A stretch of 64,000 nucleotides of DNA from Gemmatimonadales bacterium (GTDB taxonomy: Bacteria; Gemmatimonadota; Gemmatimonadetes; Gemmatimonadales; GWC2-71-9), in the NCBI GenBank assembly GCA_050183505.1, contig JBFXBG010000003.1:13823-77822 (forward strand). The letters are read 5' to 3'. Positions within the stretch are counted from its first letter, which is position 1, and each line of letters opens with the position of its first letter. A model generated the notes under the pieces. It searched no databases and was not told the origin of the DNA. It saw nothing but the letters and a program-made list of their open reading frames with translations. The translations under genes were made by a program, and so were the position numbers. This document shows positions 1 to 8,462 of this stretch, piece after piece.

Positions 1-201
1 GCAGGCTCCGGGTGGCGTGGCGGATTTCGTGTCCCAGCGACGTCGGCATTCGGGGCGCTCCATGGCTCGGGGTCGGGGGTTAGACAGAGCGGCGGGCGTG
101 ATGGTTGCTATACCGGCTACGGGCGGCGGCCGGTCGTGCACTCTCGAAGTCCGAATAGCACGACAGGGTATCCCCGACCGTCGGTGACCTTCGGTCCTCC
201 G

Positions 202-549
202 TCAGAGACTCCGCCCGATCACCGCTCCCAGAACCAATCCCCCCGCGCCGAATATGGCGTACCCCTTCGAGGTGCAGGTGGAGATGCCGGTGGTCGATTC
301 GTTCTGCAGGTTGGAGATCAGGGTACAGACACCGAGTCCCGCCACCAGACCGATGATCCCGCCGATGGCGGCGTTGGTCCCCCGGTCCTTCCCGGCCATG
401 GTGGACAGGGCAGTCCCGCGCATCGGGGACGCGGAATGCTCCCAGGCCAGGTTGGCCGCGAGGTGGCCGGGCACCGCCGGACCCTGGGCCGCGGCAACGG
501 CGGGCCACACCAGAAGACCGGCGCACAGACCGATCAGGCAAACGCGCAT
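202..549 (-). CDS. small secreted glycine-zipper protein
   Basis: ORF 202..636 trimmed to the ATG at 549, which is preceded by GGGAGG. N-terminus MRVCLIGLCAGLLVWPAVAAAQG looks like a signal peptide. Two G/A/I/L-rich glycine-zipper stretches (AAIGGIIGLVAGLG, FGAGGLVLGAVIG). Confidence 0.55.
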   Translation of the reverse strand: MRVCLIGLCAGLLVWPAVAAAQGPAVPGHLAANLAWEHSASPMRGTALSTMAGKDRGTNAAIGGIIGLVAGLGVCTLISNLQNESTTGISTCTSKGYAIFGAGGLVLGAVIGRSL

Positions 550-717
550 CGTTTCCTCCCGTTGTCTGACCTGTGGAAGCCTGGGTGGACGCCGTCCCCT
601 GAGTGACGCACGGGCGAATCTCCACCGGCTCTCCACGCCGGGCGACCGGTCACCCCGGATGTCCCGCCCGCTCCGGGAGCCGACCTCTCGCGAGTCGGCA
701 ACGCCTCGGACGCCGTT

Positions 718-762
718 CTTCCGTCCGTCCTTCCGTCCTTCCGTCTTTCCGCCTTTCCACCC
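718..762. repeat. tandem 8-mer array CTTCCGTC/TTTCCGCC (complement of GGAAAGAC family), single arm
   Basis: Read directly: cttccgtc-cgtc-cttccgtc-cttccgtc-tttccgcc-tttccacc, upstream of the EamA gene. Confidence 0.8.
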
Positions 763-773
763 AGATTGTCCCC

Positions 774-1625
774 GTGTCCCAGTCGCGCGCGCGCACCCTC
801 GTCCTCACGACCATCACGATGGTCGCCTTCGCGGCCAATTCGGTGCTCACCCGGCTGGCGCTCGGTCCCAGGTCGGTGGACGCCGCGAGCTTCGCCACGA
901 TCCGGCTGGGCTCCGGGGCCGTCACCCTGCTGCTCATCGCCACGGCGAGCCGGACCGCCCGCCCGCCGGAGAGCCGGGCGGGCTGGGTTTCGGCGGCCCT
1001 CCTGTTCAGCTACGCCGCCGCGTTCTCGTTCGCCTATCTCACGCTCGGCACCGGCACCGGGGCCCTGATCCTGTTCGGGGCGGTCCAGGCCACGATGATC
1101 ATCGCCGCCCTGCGGGGAGGTGAACGCCCGCACGCGAGCGAATGGGTCGGTCTCGTGCTCGCGCTGGGCGGGCTCACCGCCCTGGTCGCCCCGGGACTGA
1201 CCGCCCCTGCCCCGATCGGATCGGCCCTCATGGCGGTGGCCGGGATCTCGTGGGGTGTGTATTCCCTGCGCGGGCGGGGCGCGGCCAACCCGCTGCAGGA
1301 CACCACGGCCAACTTCATCCGGGCAGCGCCGATGGCCCTGGTGTTGAGTCTCATTCTGCTGAGCCGGGTTCACCTCACGACCCGCGGGATCATTCTGGCG
1401 GTCTGTTCCGGTGCCGTCGCCTCCGGAATGGGATACGTCGTCTGGTATGCCGCGCTGCGCGGACTCTCGGCGACCCGGGCGGCCATCGTGCAGCTTTCGG
1501 TCCCGGTCCTCGCCGCCCTGGGTGGCGTGCTGTTTCTGGCTGAGACGGTGTCGGTGCGGCTGATCATCTCCGGAGCCCTGATCCTCGGGGGCGTGGCGAT
1601 GGCGGTGGCCGGGCGCGCGAGGTAG
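774..1625 (+). CDS. EamA/DMT-family transporter
   Basis: Polytopic membrane protein with two EamA-like halves (VAFAANSVLTRLAL..., ...ISWGVYSLRGR...YVVWYAALRGLSATRAAIVQLSVPVLAAL). Start uncertain: GTG at 774 or ATG at 819. Confidence 0.8.
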   Translation: MSQSRARTLVLTTITMVAFAANSVLTRLALGPRSVDAASFATIRLGSGAVTLLLIATASRTARPPESRAGWVSAALLFSYAAAFSFAYLTLGTGTGALILFGAVQATMIIAALRGGERPHASEWVGLVLALGGLTALVAPGLTAPAPIGSALMAVAGISWGVYSLRGRGAANPLQDTTANFIRAAPMALVLSLILLSRVHLTTRGIILAVCSGAVASGMGYVVWYAALRGLSATRAAIVQLSVPVLAALGGVLFLAETVSVRLIISGALILGGVAMAVAGRAR

Positions 1626-1680
1626 GCGGGCGGGCCTGAACGTCTCAACCCGCTGAAGATCGCCAAGCCACCTGCCCGTT

Positions 1681-1787
1681 CACCGGTCACCGGTCACCCG
1701 TCTCCCGTCTCCCGTCTCCCGTCTCCCGTCTCCCGTCTCCCTTCTCCCTTCTCCCTTCTCACTTCTCACTCTTTCTACTCTCTCCCC
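1681..1787. repeat. 15-unit phase-preserved heptamer array (CACCGGT x2, CACCCGT, CTCCCGT x5, CTCCCTT x3, CTCACTT, CTCACTC ...), single arm
   Basis: Read directly. Runs without a phase break up to the ATG at 1788. Confidence 0.95.
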
Positions 1788-2342
1788 ATGGCCTTCATCC
1801 CCTACCTCCCGACGGACGCGATTCCCGAAGCCGACCGCGTCCCCGACAACGACCACATCCTGCGGATCCACGGGGTGCATTCGCGCGTCATGCGGCAGCA
1901 CTACGATCTGTATGTCGAGCTGATGCACCGGCCCGGGCCGTTGAGCCGGCTGGAACGGGAACTGGTGGGGGCCGCGGTCTCCCAGGCCAACGCGTGCCAC
2001 TACTGACTGGTCCACCACGGAGCGACGCTCCGGACGCTCCTCCGGGCGAGGGGCACCGAGGAAGACCTGCTGGACGGCCTCATCGGGAACCTGGCGGACG
2101 AGACGCCGCCGGCGGGGTTGAGCCCGCGGGAAACCGCCATTCTGGGTTACGCCCTCAAGCTCACGCGCACGCCGGGACGGATGACGGAAAACGACCTCGT
2201 CCCCTTGCGCCGGGCGGGCCTGGATGACCGTGCCATCCACGACCTGTGCGGGGTGACGGCCTACTTCGCCTTCGTCAATCGCATTGCCGATGGACTGGGC
2301 GTGGAACTGGAGGAGAGGTGGAGCGACGGCGGTGGGCGGTGA
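1788..2342 (+). CDS. AhpD/carboxymuconolactone-decarboxylase-family peroxidase-related protein with in-frame TGA at 2004..2006 (Sec candidate or nonsense)
   Basis: ORFs 1788..2006 and 2118..2342 are in the same frame, and no other stop lies between 2007 and 2117. Read-through gives ...SQANACHY-[TGA]-LVHHGATL...AYFAFVNRIADGLGVELE. This is the CxxC..H core and C-terminal signature of the CMD/AhpD-like family. Confidence 0.6.
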
Positions 2343-2346
2343 GCGT

Positions 2347-5073
2347 CTAGCTCACCGGCAGCCAGTAACTCACCTTCACCGCCAGGAAGTTGTCGCCGGA
2401 GGTCGAGAGGGAGCGGCCCAGGCCGCCCACTCCGGCGCGCCGGAACGGATCCTCCCGGCCGGACCGGTCCTGCTGCCAGACGAAGAAGAAGGTGCTGCCC
2501 GCCCGCCATTCCCACCGCAGAACCACGTTGCTCCTGAAGGACACGATGTTGAAATTCGGGTCGATCTGGAACGTGTCGGGGCCGTCGGTCACGGTGAGCG
2601 TCCCCGAGGCATCCTGACTGATGGTGCTCCCGCCGGTACCATAGCGGCGGAGCCGGTCCGTGCCGGCCGCGGTGAGTTCTCCCAGATGGTAGTACTGTCC
2701 GCTCGCCGCAAACGGCTCGGCGTAGGCCTCCAGCGAGAGATCCGGGGAAAGCGCGTAGTTCATCCGGATCCGGGCCGCGATCGTGGTGCGGCCGATGGTC
2801 CCGAACACATATCGGGTCCCGTAGGTCGAGGCGGGTCCGTTGGCTTCCTGGGAGACATACTGGCGGCGTTCCACCTCGCGCTCGAGCGAGGGCCGGATCG
2901 ACAGTTCCCAGCGGCTGCTGGGACGCACCGAGAGCTGGGCCCCGAGGTCGTAGGCCCAGCTGCCGAGTCCGTCCCACTCGTAGGCGGCATCGAGCTCCCA
3001 GCGGGTACTGGCGCTGAAGGGACTCGAGATTTCGGCGTCGACTCCGGCACTCGGCGCGCGCCGCATCAGCGGCCCACCTCGCGTGAGCCCGTCACTCAGG
3101 GCCGCCGCGCGCACCTCGAATCCCAGGCTCGCCTGCACGAAGTTGTGAAACGTGGCATTGGCGTCCATCCCGATCTCGCTGTACTGCCGGGTGCCGCCGA
3201 AGTTCCAGCCGCTGCTGCCGCCCAGGCGCACGTTGTATTCCCGAAAGAGCGGGCCGGGGGTGTTTTCCCGATAGCGCAGACTGGCATAGGTGTCGATGTC
3301 GTCCGCTCCGCCGAGCCGGCCGGCGTCGTTGATCTCGAACGCGGGCGATTCCGCCGAGCCCCCGAACTCGTACAGCCAGTGGCGGCCGGCGTTCTTGCTG
3401 AAATTCAGGGAACCGACCCAGCCGAGCAGCGATTCCCGGGTTGGATCATAGGTGGCGTAGTCCTGGTCGGGCCGCTGGAAGTAGTGCGCCGAAGAACGCT
3501 GGACCCGGGCAATGGCGCCGGTATCGCCGCGGATGTAGCTGAAACCCAGCGCACCCTGCAGGATGTAGTCCCCGCCGTTGAACCGGAGGTTCCAGTCGAG
3601 GCCGCCGCCGAAGGCCTGACGGCTGAACAGCCCGGCCAGCGGGGAGTCCCGCTCGAGACTGCGTTCGACCGCGGTCATGGTCAGCCCGACGGTCGAGGCC
3701 GAGGCGCCGACCTCCTGCTGCAACCGCACCACCCCGTACCCGGCAACGGGCGCCACCTTGGTGTCGGAGAAAACCGAGCCGGTGGTGTCATAGGTCCGGG
3801 CGAAGGCCTGGTCCGTCACCGCGGCCAGCGCCCCGACCGAAAGCCCGGATGGGAGCCGTCCGGTCAGTTTGGCGGCGCCCAGGATGGTCGCCGCCTTGGG
3901 CTGGTCCACGAAATCGCCGTCCGCGCTCCCCCGTGGCGGGGCGCCGATGCGCCGGGAGTAGAACCAGTTGGCCCCACCCCCGCGGAGCAGATTCGCCCCT
4001 TCGGTAAAGAACGGGCGGCGCTCGTCGAAGAACGTTTCGACCGCGCTCAGGTTCACCACCGCCGGGTCGGCCTCCACCTGGCCGAAGTCGGGATTCACCG
4101 TCCCGTCCAGCGTCAGGCTGGGGCCGAGCCCCATCTTGAGGTCCAGGCCGGCCCGGGCCTCGAGGTTGACTCCGTTGTCGAAGGGATCCCGGGGGTTGCG
4201 ATCCCCGGTGATGGTCGAGTTGGCGGCGGTATAGGGGAGCAACTCGATCCGTCGGCTGGATCGGATGCCCCGGATGCCGTCCAGCTGCGCGAACCGGGAC
4301 GCCCAGCCTGTCTCGTTCTTCGGGATCAGGACCCAGTAGTCATCCTCGTTCCGGCTCGGGATATACCGGTTGATGTTGATTCCCCAGGTCTGGGTCTCAC
4401 CGGCGTTGAAGCGCAGCTGGGAGAATGGGATTCTGATCTCCGCGGTCCAGCCGGCCGAGTCCTCGGCCGCCTTCGCCTGCCAGACGGGATCGAACGAGTA
4501 GTCCCGGCCGTGCTCGCTGTCGCCCGGATGGTAGTAATCCACCCTGACGCCGGTCGCGGTGACGCCGAAACTGTAGGCCGTCCGGCGATCGCGGTAGGTA
4601 TCGAAGGAGAAGATGATGCGCTCGGAATTCGCCGGGTTGTCCCGGCGGGTCACCTGCGCCAGGATCTCCGGGTTCTCCATCCGGGCGCCGATGTAGACGG
4701 CTTCCTTGTCGTACAGAATGGCAAAGCGGGTGGCGAGCGTCGCCGGTTCTCCCTCGCGCGGGTCCCTCTGGGTAAAGCCGGTGAACCACTCCGCGTGCGC
4801 CCAGGCGGAATCATCCAGTCTGCCGTCGACGTGGATCGGGGCCCCGGCCGGCTGGGCCTCGACTTCCTGGCCCGATATGGCCTGAGGCACGGCGACCGTC
4901 CCGGCGGCCTGAGCGGACAGGGACGCCGGCCCGAGCAGGCCGAGACAGAGCAGGACCGCCCGGCCGGACCGGGCTGGAAGTACTGTTCGAAGAATCAATG
5001 AAATCACCGCCAGAACTCGTAGGACAAACCGGACGTCCGGAGCGACCACGGCCATCCGCGCCGCCGGTTTCAT
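2347..5073 (-). CDS. DUF5916 / CBM9-like domain outer-membrane-associated protein
   Basis: 908-aa ORF. N-terminal signal-like LLCLGLLGPASLSAQAAG, then IHVDGRLDDSAWAHAEWFTGFTQRDPREGEP (CBM9-like) and a long beta-rich C-terminal region. The true start is probably internal (ATG at 5055 or TTG at 4998). Confidence 0.8.
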   Translation of the reverse strand: MKPAARMAVVAPDVRFVLRVLAVISLILRTVLPARSGRAVLLCLGLLGPASLSAQAAGTVAVPQAISGQEVEAQPAGAPIHVDGRLDDSAWAHAEWFTGFTQRDPREGEPATLATRFAILYDKEAVYIGARMENPEILAQVTRRDNPANSERIIFSFDTYRDRRTAYSFGVTATGVRVDYYHPGDSEHGRDYSFDPVWQAKAAEDSAGWTAEIRIPFSQLRFNAGETQTWGININRYIPSRNEDDYWVLIPKNETGWASRFAQLDGIRGIRSSRRIELLPYTAANSTITGDRNPRDPFDNGVNLEARAGLDLKMGLGPSLTLDGTVNPDFGQVEADPAVVNLSAVETFFDERRPFFTEGANLLRGGGANWFYSRRIGAPPRGSADGDFVDQPKAATILGAAKLTGRLPSGLSVGALAAVTDQAFARTYDTTGSVFSDTKVAPVAGYGVVRLQQEVGASASTVGLTMTAVERSLERDSPLAGLFSRQAFGGGLDWNLRFNGGDYILQGALGFSYIRGDTGAIARVQRSSAHYFQRPDQDYATYDPTRESLLGWVGSLNFSKNAGRHWLYEFGGSAESPAFEINDAGRLGGADDIDTYASLRYRENTPGPLFREYNVRLGGSSGWNFGGTRQYSEIGMDANATFHNFVQASLGFEVRAAALSDGLTRGGPLMRRAPSAGVDAEISSPFSASTRWELDAAYEWDGLGSWAYDLGAQLSVRPSSRWELSIRPSLEREVERRQYVSQEANGPASTYGTRYVFGTIGRTTIAARIRMNYALSPDLSLEAYAEPFAASGQYYHLGELTAAGTDRLRRYGTGGSTISQDASGTLTVTDGPDTFQIDPNFNIVSFRSNVVLRWEWRAGSTFFFVWQQDRSGREDPFRRAGVGGLGRSLSTSGDNFLAVKVSYWLPVS

Positions 5074-5296
5074 ACAGCTTGGACGCTCCCAGCCTGGCGT
5101 CCGTTTACTCCGCTGGGGGCAACGGCTTATCCCGCACGTTAGCAGGATGCCGGCCGGGATCCAACCCGGATGGCGGAGGTCGGAATGGTGGCGTATTGTG
5201 CACGGACGGTCAGAGAGTTGTCAGAGTTTCGCCATCCGAGCGGGGGTCGTTCATCATGTCTTCGTGCAGTCCCGCCGCCGCGGGCGCGGATCCGCC

Positions 5297-5878
5297 ATGA
5301 GCCCGCCTCTTCCCGGACAGCCGGGGCTGATGGCGGACATGCGCACGTGGAGCCGGGGCCGCTGGTGGTCCTGGCGCGCGCTGCTGCTCGCCTGGCTGGC
5401 CTGGACCGGCTGGCACTACCTGCGGGACCCGGAGTACGCCAGCGTTTTCCAGGGAATCGATTTCGGGGTCCACGAACTGGGGCACCTGGTCTTCGGCTTC
5501 GGAGGGGAATGGATCGGCGTCGCCGGCGGGAGCCTGGCCCAGGTGCTGCTCCCGCTCGCCGCCGGCGCCCTGTTCTGGTCGCAGCGCGACTACTTCGGCG
5601 CCGCCGTCTGCGGCGCCTGGGAGGCGTTCAGCCTGTTCGAGCTGTCGCGTTACGTGGCCGATGCCCGGGCCCAGGAGCTGGACCTGGTCAGCTTCAGCGA
5701 GACCGCGATCCACGACTGGAACTACCTCCTGTCCAGCGTGGGCCTGCTGCGGCAGGACGTGGCCATCGCCCACGGGATGCGCATCCTGGCGCTGCTCCTG
5801 CTGGCGGGGAGTCTGTGGTGGGGCGGGTGGCTGTGCCGGGAGATGAGGCGTGGAAGGACCGTGAACGGTGAACGGTGA
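5297..5878 (+). CDS. membrane protein with HExxH motif (putative metalloprotease-like)
   Basis: ATG at 5297 within ORF 5147..5878. Several hydrophobic segments and FGVHELGHLVFGF. The C-terminus (GRTVNGER) and the stop codon are encoded by the GTGAACG repeat array. Confidence 0.55.
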   Translation: MSPPLPGQPGLMADMRTWSRGRWWSWRALLLAWLAWTGWHYLRDPEYASVFQGIDFGVHELGHLVFGFGGEWIGVAGGSLAQVLLPLAAGALFWSQRDYFGAAVCGAWEAFSLFELSRYVADARAQELDLVSFSETAIHDWNYLLSSVGLLRQDVAIAHGMRILALLLLAGSLWWGGWLCREMRRGRTVNGER

Positions 5879-5953
5879 ACGGTGAACGGGACCGGGTCGT
5901 CCTCCGAGACATGGATGCTGGGCCCGTTCACTGTTTACCGTTTACCGTTCACG
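5861..5953. repeat. inverted heptamer arrays (GTGAACG)n ... (CGTTTAC/CGTTCAC)n
   Basis: Left arm gtgaacggtgaacggtgaacggtgaacggg, right arm cccgttcactgtttaccgtttaccgttcacgg, spacer about 31 nt. Lies between convergent genes and supplies both stop codons. Confidence 0.9.
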
Positions 5954-7589
5954 GTTCCCCGCTTTCGATCTTCAGCAGCTCCCGGTAGGCCGGCAGCGTC
6001 AGAAACTCCTCGAACTCCTTCGAGGTGATGAGCCGGTCGAAGATCTGCCGCGCCAGGTCGAACCGTCCGCCCCGATAGCGTTCGTCACCCACCAGACCCC
6101 GGATCCGTTCCAGTTCTTCGGCGGTGACGGCGTGATACAGTTCGGGCGTCACCACCCGGCCGTCGTCCAGCGTGGCCCCGTGCCGCACCCATTGCCAGAC
6201 CTGGCTGCGGGAAATCTCGGCGGTGGCCGCGTCTTCCATCAGGTTGAAGATGGGGACGCAGCCGATGCCGTTGAGCCACGACTCCAGGTACAGGAGCCCG
6301 ACGGTGATGTTATGCCGCAGGCCCTCCTCGGTGATCTTTCCTTCCGGCACCGTCAGCAGGTCGTCGGCGGTGACCTTTACGTCTTCCCGCATGACGCCGA
6401 GCTGATTGGGGCCGGGCATGCCGGCATCGAAGACCTTCCGGGCGATCTCGACCAGGGCGGGATGAGCGACCCAGGTTCCGTCGTGCCCGTCTTTCACTTC
6501 CCGCTCCTTGTCGGCGATCACCTTGCCGATGGCGGTGTCGTTGGCCGCCGGGTCGTTCTTGATCGGAATCTGGGCCGCCATGCCTCCCATCGCGTGCGCA
6601 CCCCGGCGGTGGCACGTCTTGATGACCAGCTGGGTATAGGACCGCAGGAAGTGCCGGTCCATGCCCACGGTGCCCCGGTCCGGAAGCGTGAACTGCGGAT
6701 GGTTCCGGAATTTCTTGATGAAGCTGAAGATGTAGTCCCACCGGCCGCAGTTGAGTCCGACGATGTGCTCTTTCAGCTCGAAGAGGATCTCGTCGAGTTC
6801 GAAGGTCGCCAGGATCGTCTCGATCAGGACCGTGGCCCGGATGGTGCCGACGGGCAGCTTGAGGGCGTCCTGGGCCGCGAGGAAGACGTCATTCCACAGG
6901 CGGGCCTCGAGATGGCTCTCCAGCTTGGGCAGGTAGTAGTACGGGCCGGTCCCCCGCGCCAGCAGTTGCCTGACGTTGTGGAAGAAGTAGAGGCCGAAAT
7001 CGAACAGACTGCCTGCGATCGGCTCGCCGTCGATATGCAGGTGTTCCTCGGACAGGTGCCAGCCGCGGGGACGGGCCATCAGCACGGCGACGGTGTCGTT
7101 CAACCGGTAGGATTTCCCTTCAGGCGAGACGAAGTCGATGGTCCCCGCGATGGCATCGCGCAGGTTGATCTGCCCCTGGACCTGGTTGTCCCAGGTCGGG
7201 GCGTTGGCATCCTCGAAATCGGCCATGAAGACGTTGGCGCCGCTGTTGAGCGCGTTGATGACCATCTTCCGGTCGACCGGGCCGGTGATCTCCACCCGCC
7301 GGTCCTGCAGATCGGCCGGCGCGGGCCGGACTTTCCACTCGGCCCGCCGGATGCCCGCCGTCTCGGGCAGGAAGTCGGGCCGCCAGGTTCCGTCGAGCTG
7401 GCGCTGGAGATCGTGCCGGCGGGCAAGCAGCGCGCGGCGGGTGGGTTCGAACCGCCGGTGCAGTGTGGCAAGAAAATGCAGCGCATCGGGTGTCAGAATA
7501 TCCGAGAAACCCGGCTGCAGCGGCCCCAGGATGTCGATGCCGCTCGCGGGTCTGGTCCTGGCTTTGGTTTTCGCTTTGGATGCTGCCAT
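5949..7589 (-). CDS. aceB: malate synthase A
   Basis: Strong family resemblance along the whole length ([61 protein letters not shown]). Start taken at the ATG at 7589 (MAASKAKTK...). Confidence 0.93.
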   Translation of the reverse strand: MAASKAKTKARTRPASGIDILGPLQPGFSDILTPDALHFLATLHRRFEPTRRALLARRHDLQRQLDGTWRPDFLPETAGIRRAEWKVRPAPADLQDRRVEITGPVDRKMVINALNSGANVFMADFEDANAPTWDNQVQGQINLRDAIAGTIDFVSPEGKSYRLNDTVAVLMARPRGWHLSEEHLHIDGEPIAGSLFDFGLYFFHNVRQLLARGTGPYYYLPKLESHLEARLWNDVFLAAQDALKLPVGTIRATVLIETILATFELDEILFELKEHIVGLNCGRWDYIFSFIKKFRNHPQFTLPDRGTVGMDRHFLRSYTQLVIKTCHRRGAHAMGGMAAQIPIKNDPAANDTAIGKVIADKEREVKDGHDGTWVAHPALVEIARKVFDAGMPGPNQLGVMREDVKVTADDLLTVPEGKITEEGLRHNITVGLLYLESWLNGIGCVPIFNLMEDAATAEISRSQVWQWVRHGATLDDGRVVTPELYHAVTAEELERIRGLVGDERYRGGRFDLARQIFDRLITSKEFEEFLTLPAYRELLKIESGEP

Positions 7590-7622
7590 GGGAGCACTCC
7601 GGGAGAGAGACGCTGGAGAAGC

Positions 7623-7756
7623 GTAAAGTAAACGGTTAACGGTAAACGGTGAACAGCACGGGGCCGCAGGTCGATCGGGATGGCGGGCGGCGGATTCGGG
7701 TTCACCGCTCACCGCGCGCCGTCCACTCCGCGCGGTTGTCGCCCGCCGTTTACTGG
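7623..7756. repeat. inverted heptamer arrays (NAACGGT)n ... degenerate (TTCACCG/CTCACCG)n
   Basis: gtaaagt aaacggt taacggt aaacggt gaacagc, then ttcaccg ctcaccg cgcgccg tccactc ... In the divergent aceB/sodC gap. Confidence 0.7.
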
Positions 7757-7798
7757 CCGCCCCCTCCCCCCTATCTTCCGGCCACCGTCACCCTCTGG

Positions 7799-8347
7799 AT
7801 GTCCTCGATGAAGCTCCGCTCCCAGGCCGCCGTCCTCACCGCCCTGCTCCTCGCGACGGCATGTTTCAGTCTGCCATCGGCGCCCCTTGCGGTCCGTCTC
7901 TTCGATGCCGAAGGCAGATTCGTGGGCTTCGTGGACATCACCGAACGGGATCCGGGGGTCCGGCTCAGGGTTCACACCATCGATCTCGATGGTGGCGTCC
8001 ACGGGTTCCACATTCATGAGAATCCCGTCTGCGAGCCCCCGGATTTCGCCACGGCGGGGCCGCACTTCAACCCGGCAGGCAAGGAACACGGATCGAAGAA
8101 TCCCAACGGGCACCACGCCGGAGACCTGCCCAACATCACCGTCGGCACCAGCGGCAACTGGGCGGATACCACGATCGACTGGCCCGACGTGGAGCTCAAC
8201 GACGGAGAGCGCGGCCTGTTCCACAATGGCGGGACCTCGCTCATCATTCATCAGAATCCCGACGATCAGTTGACCGATCCCAACGGCAACGCCGGTCCCC
8301 GGATTGCCTGCGGTGTCATCAAGAAGCTGCCGGAGGAGAGATTCTGA
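7799..8347 (+). CDS. sodC: Cu/Zn superoxide dismutase (periplasmic)
   Basis: Signal peptide MSSMKLRSQAAVLTALLLATAC, then HGFHIHE, GPHFNP, GHHAGDLPN and GPRIACGVI motifs. Confidence 0.92.
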   Translation: MSSMKLRSQAAVLTALLLATACFSLPSAPLAVRLFDAEGRFVGFVDITERDPGVRLRVHTIDLDGGVHGFHIHENPVCEPPDFATAGPHFNPAGKEHGSKNPNGHHAGDLPNITVGTSGNWADTTIDWPDVELNDGERGLFHNGGTSLIIHQNPDDQLTDPNGNAGPRIACGVIKKLPEERF

Positions 8348-8350
8348 CCC

Positions 8351-8440
8351 TGTGAACGGTGAGCCGTAGACGCTGACCGGGCCCGGGCGTTCGGGCCCGG
8401 GGGCGGCCCTCTCTCCATCTCCCGTTCACCGCCACTGCCG
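8351..8440. repeat. inverted degenerate heptamer arrays around a GC palindrome
   Basis: tgtgaac ggtgagc cgtagac gctgacc / cccgggc..gcccggg core / ccctctc tccatct cccgttc accgcca. Downstream of sodC. Confidence 0.7.
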
Positions 8441-8462
8441 CCCGGCCCCGGGCTCATCCGCC

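Noticed and set aside
80-1123. Overlapping ORFs 80..625(-), 136..606(+) and 254..1123(+) at the left edge
   Set aside because: They are mutually overlapping and Arg/Pro/Gly-rich. They are better explained by the real small glycine-zipper gene (202..549, minus strand) and the EamA gene. No independent support.
2284-5001. 905-aa ORF on the plus strand
   Set aside because: It is entirely antisense to the DUF5916 gene. Its Arg/Gly/Pro/Ala-rich low-complexity translation is typical of high-GC shadow ORFs, and I recognised no family motifs.
7443-7455. GGGTTCGAACCGC, resembling a tRNA T-arm
   Set aside because: It lies inside the aceB coding sequence. No acceptor stem, anticodon arm or D-arm can be drawn around it.
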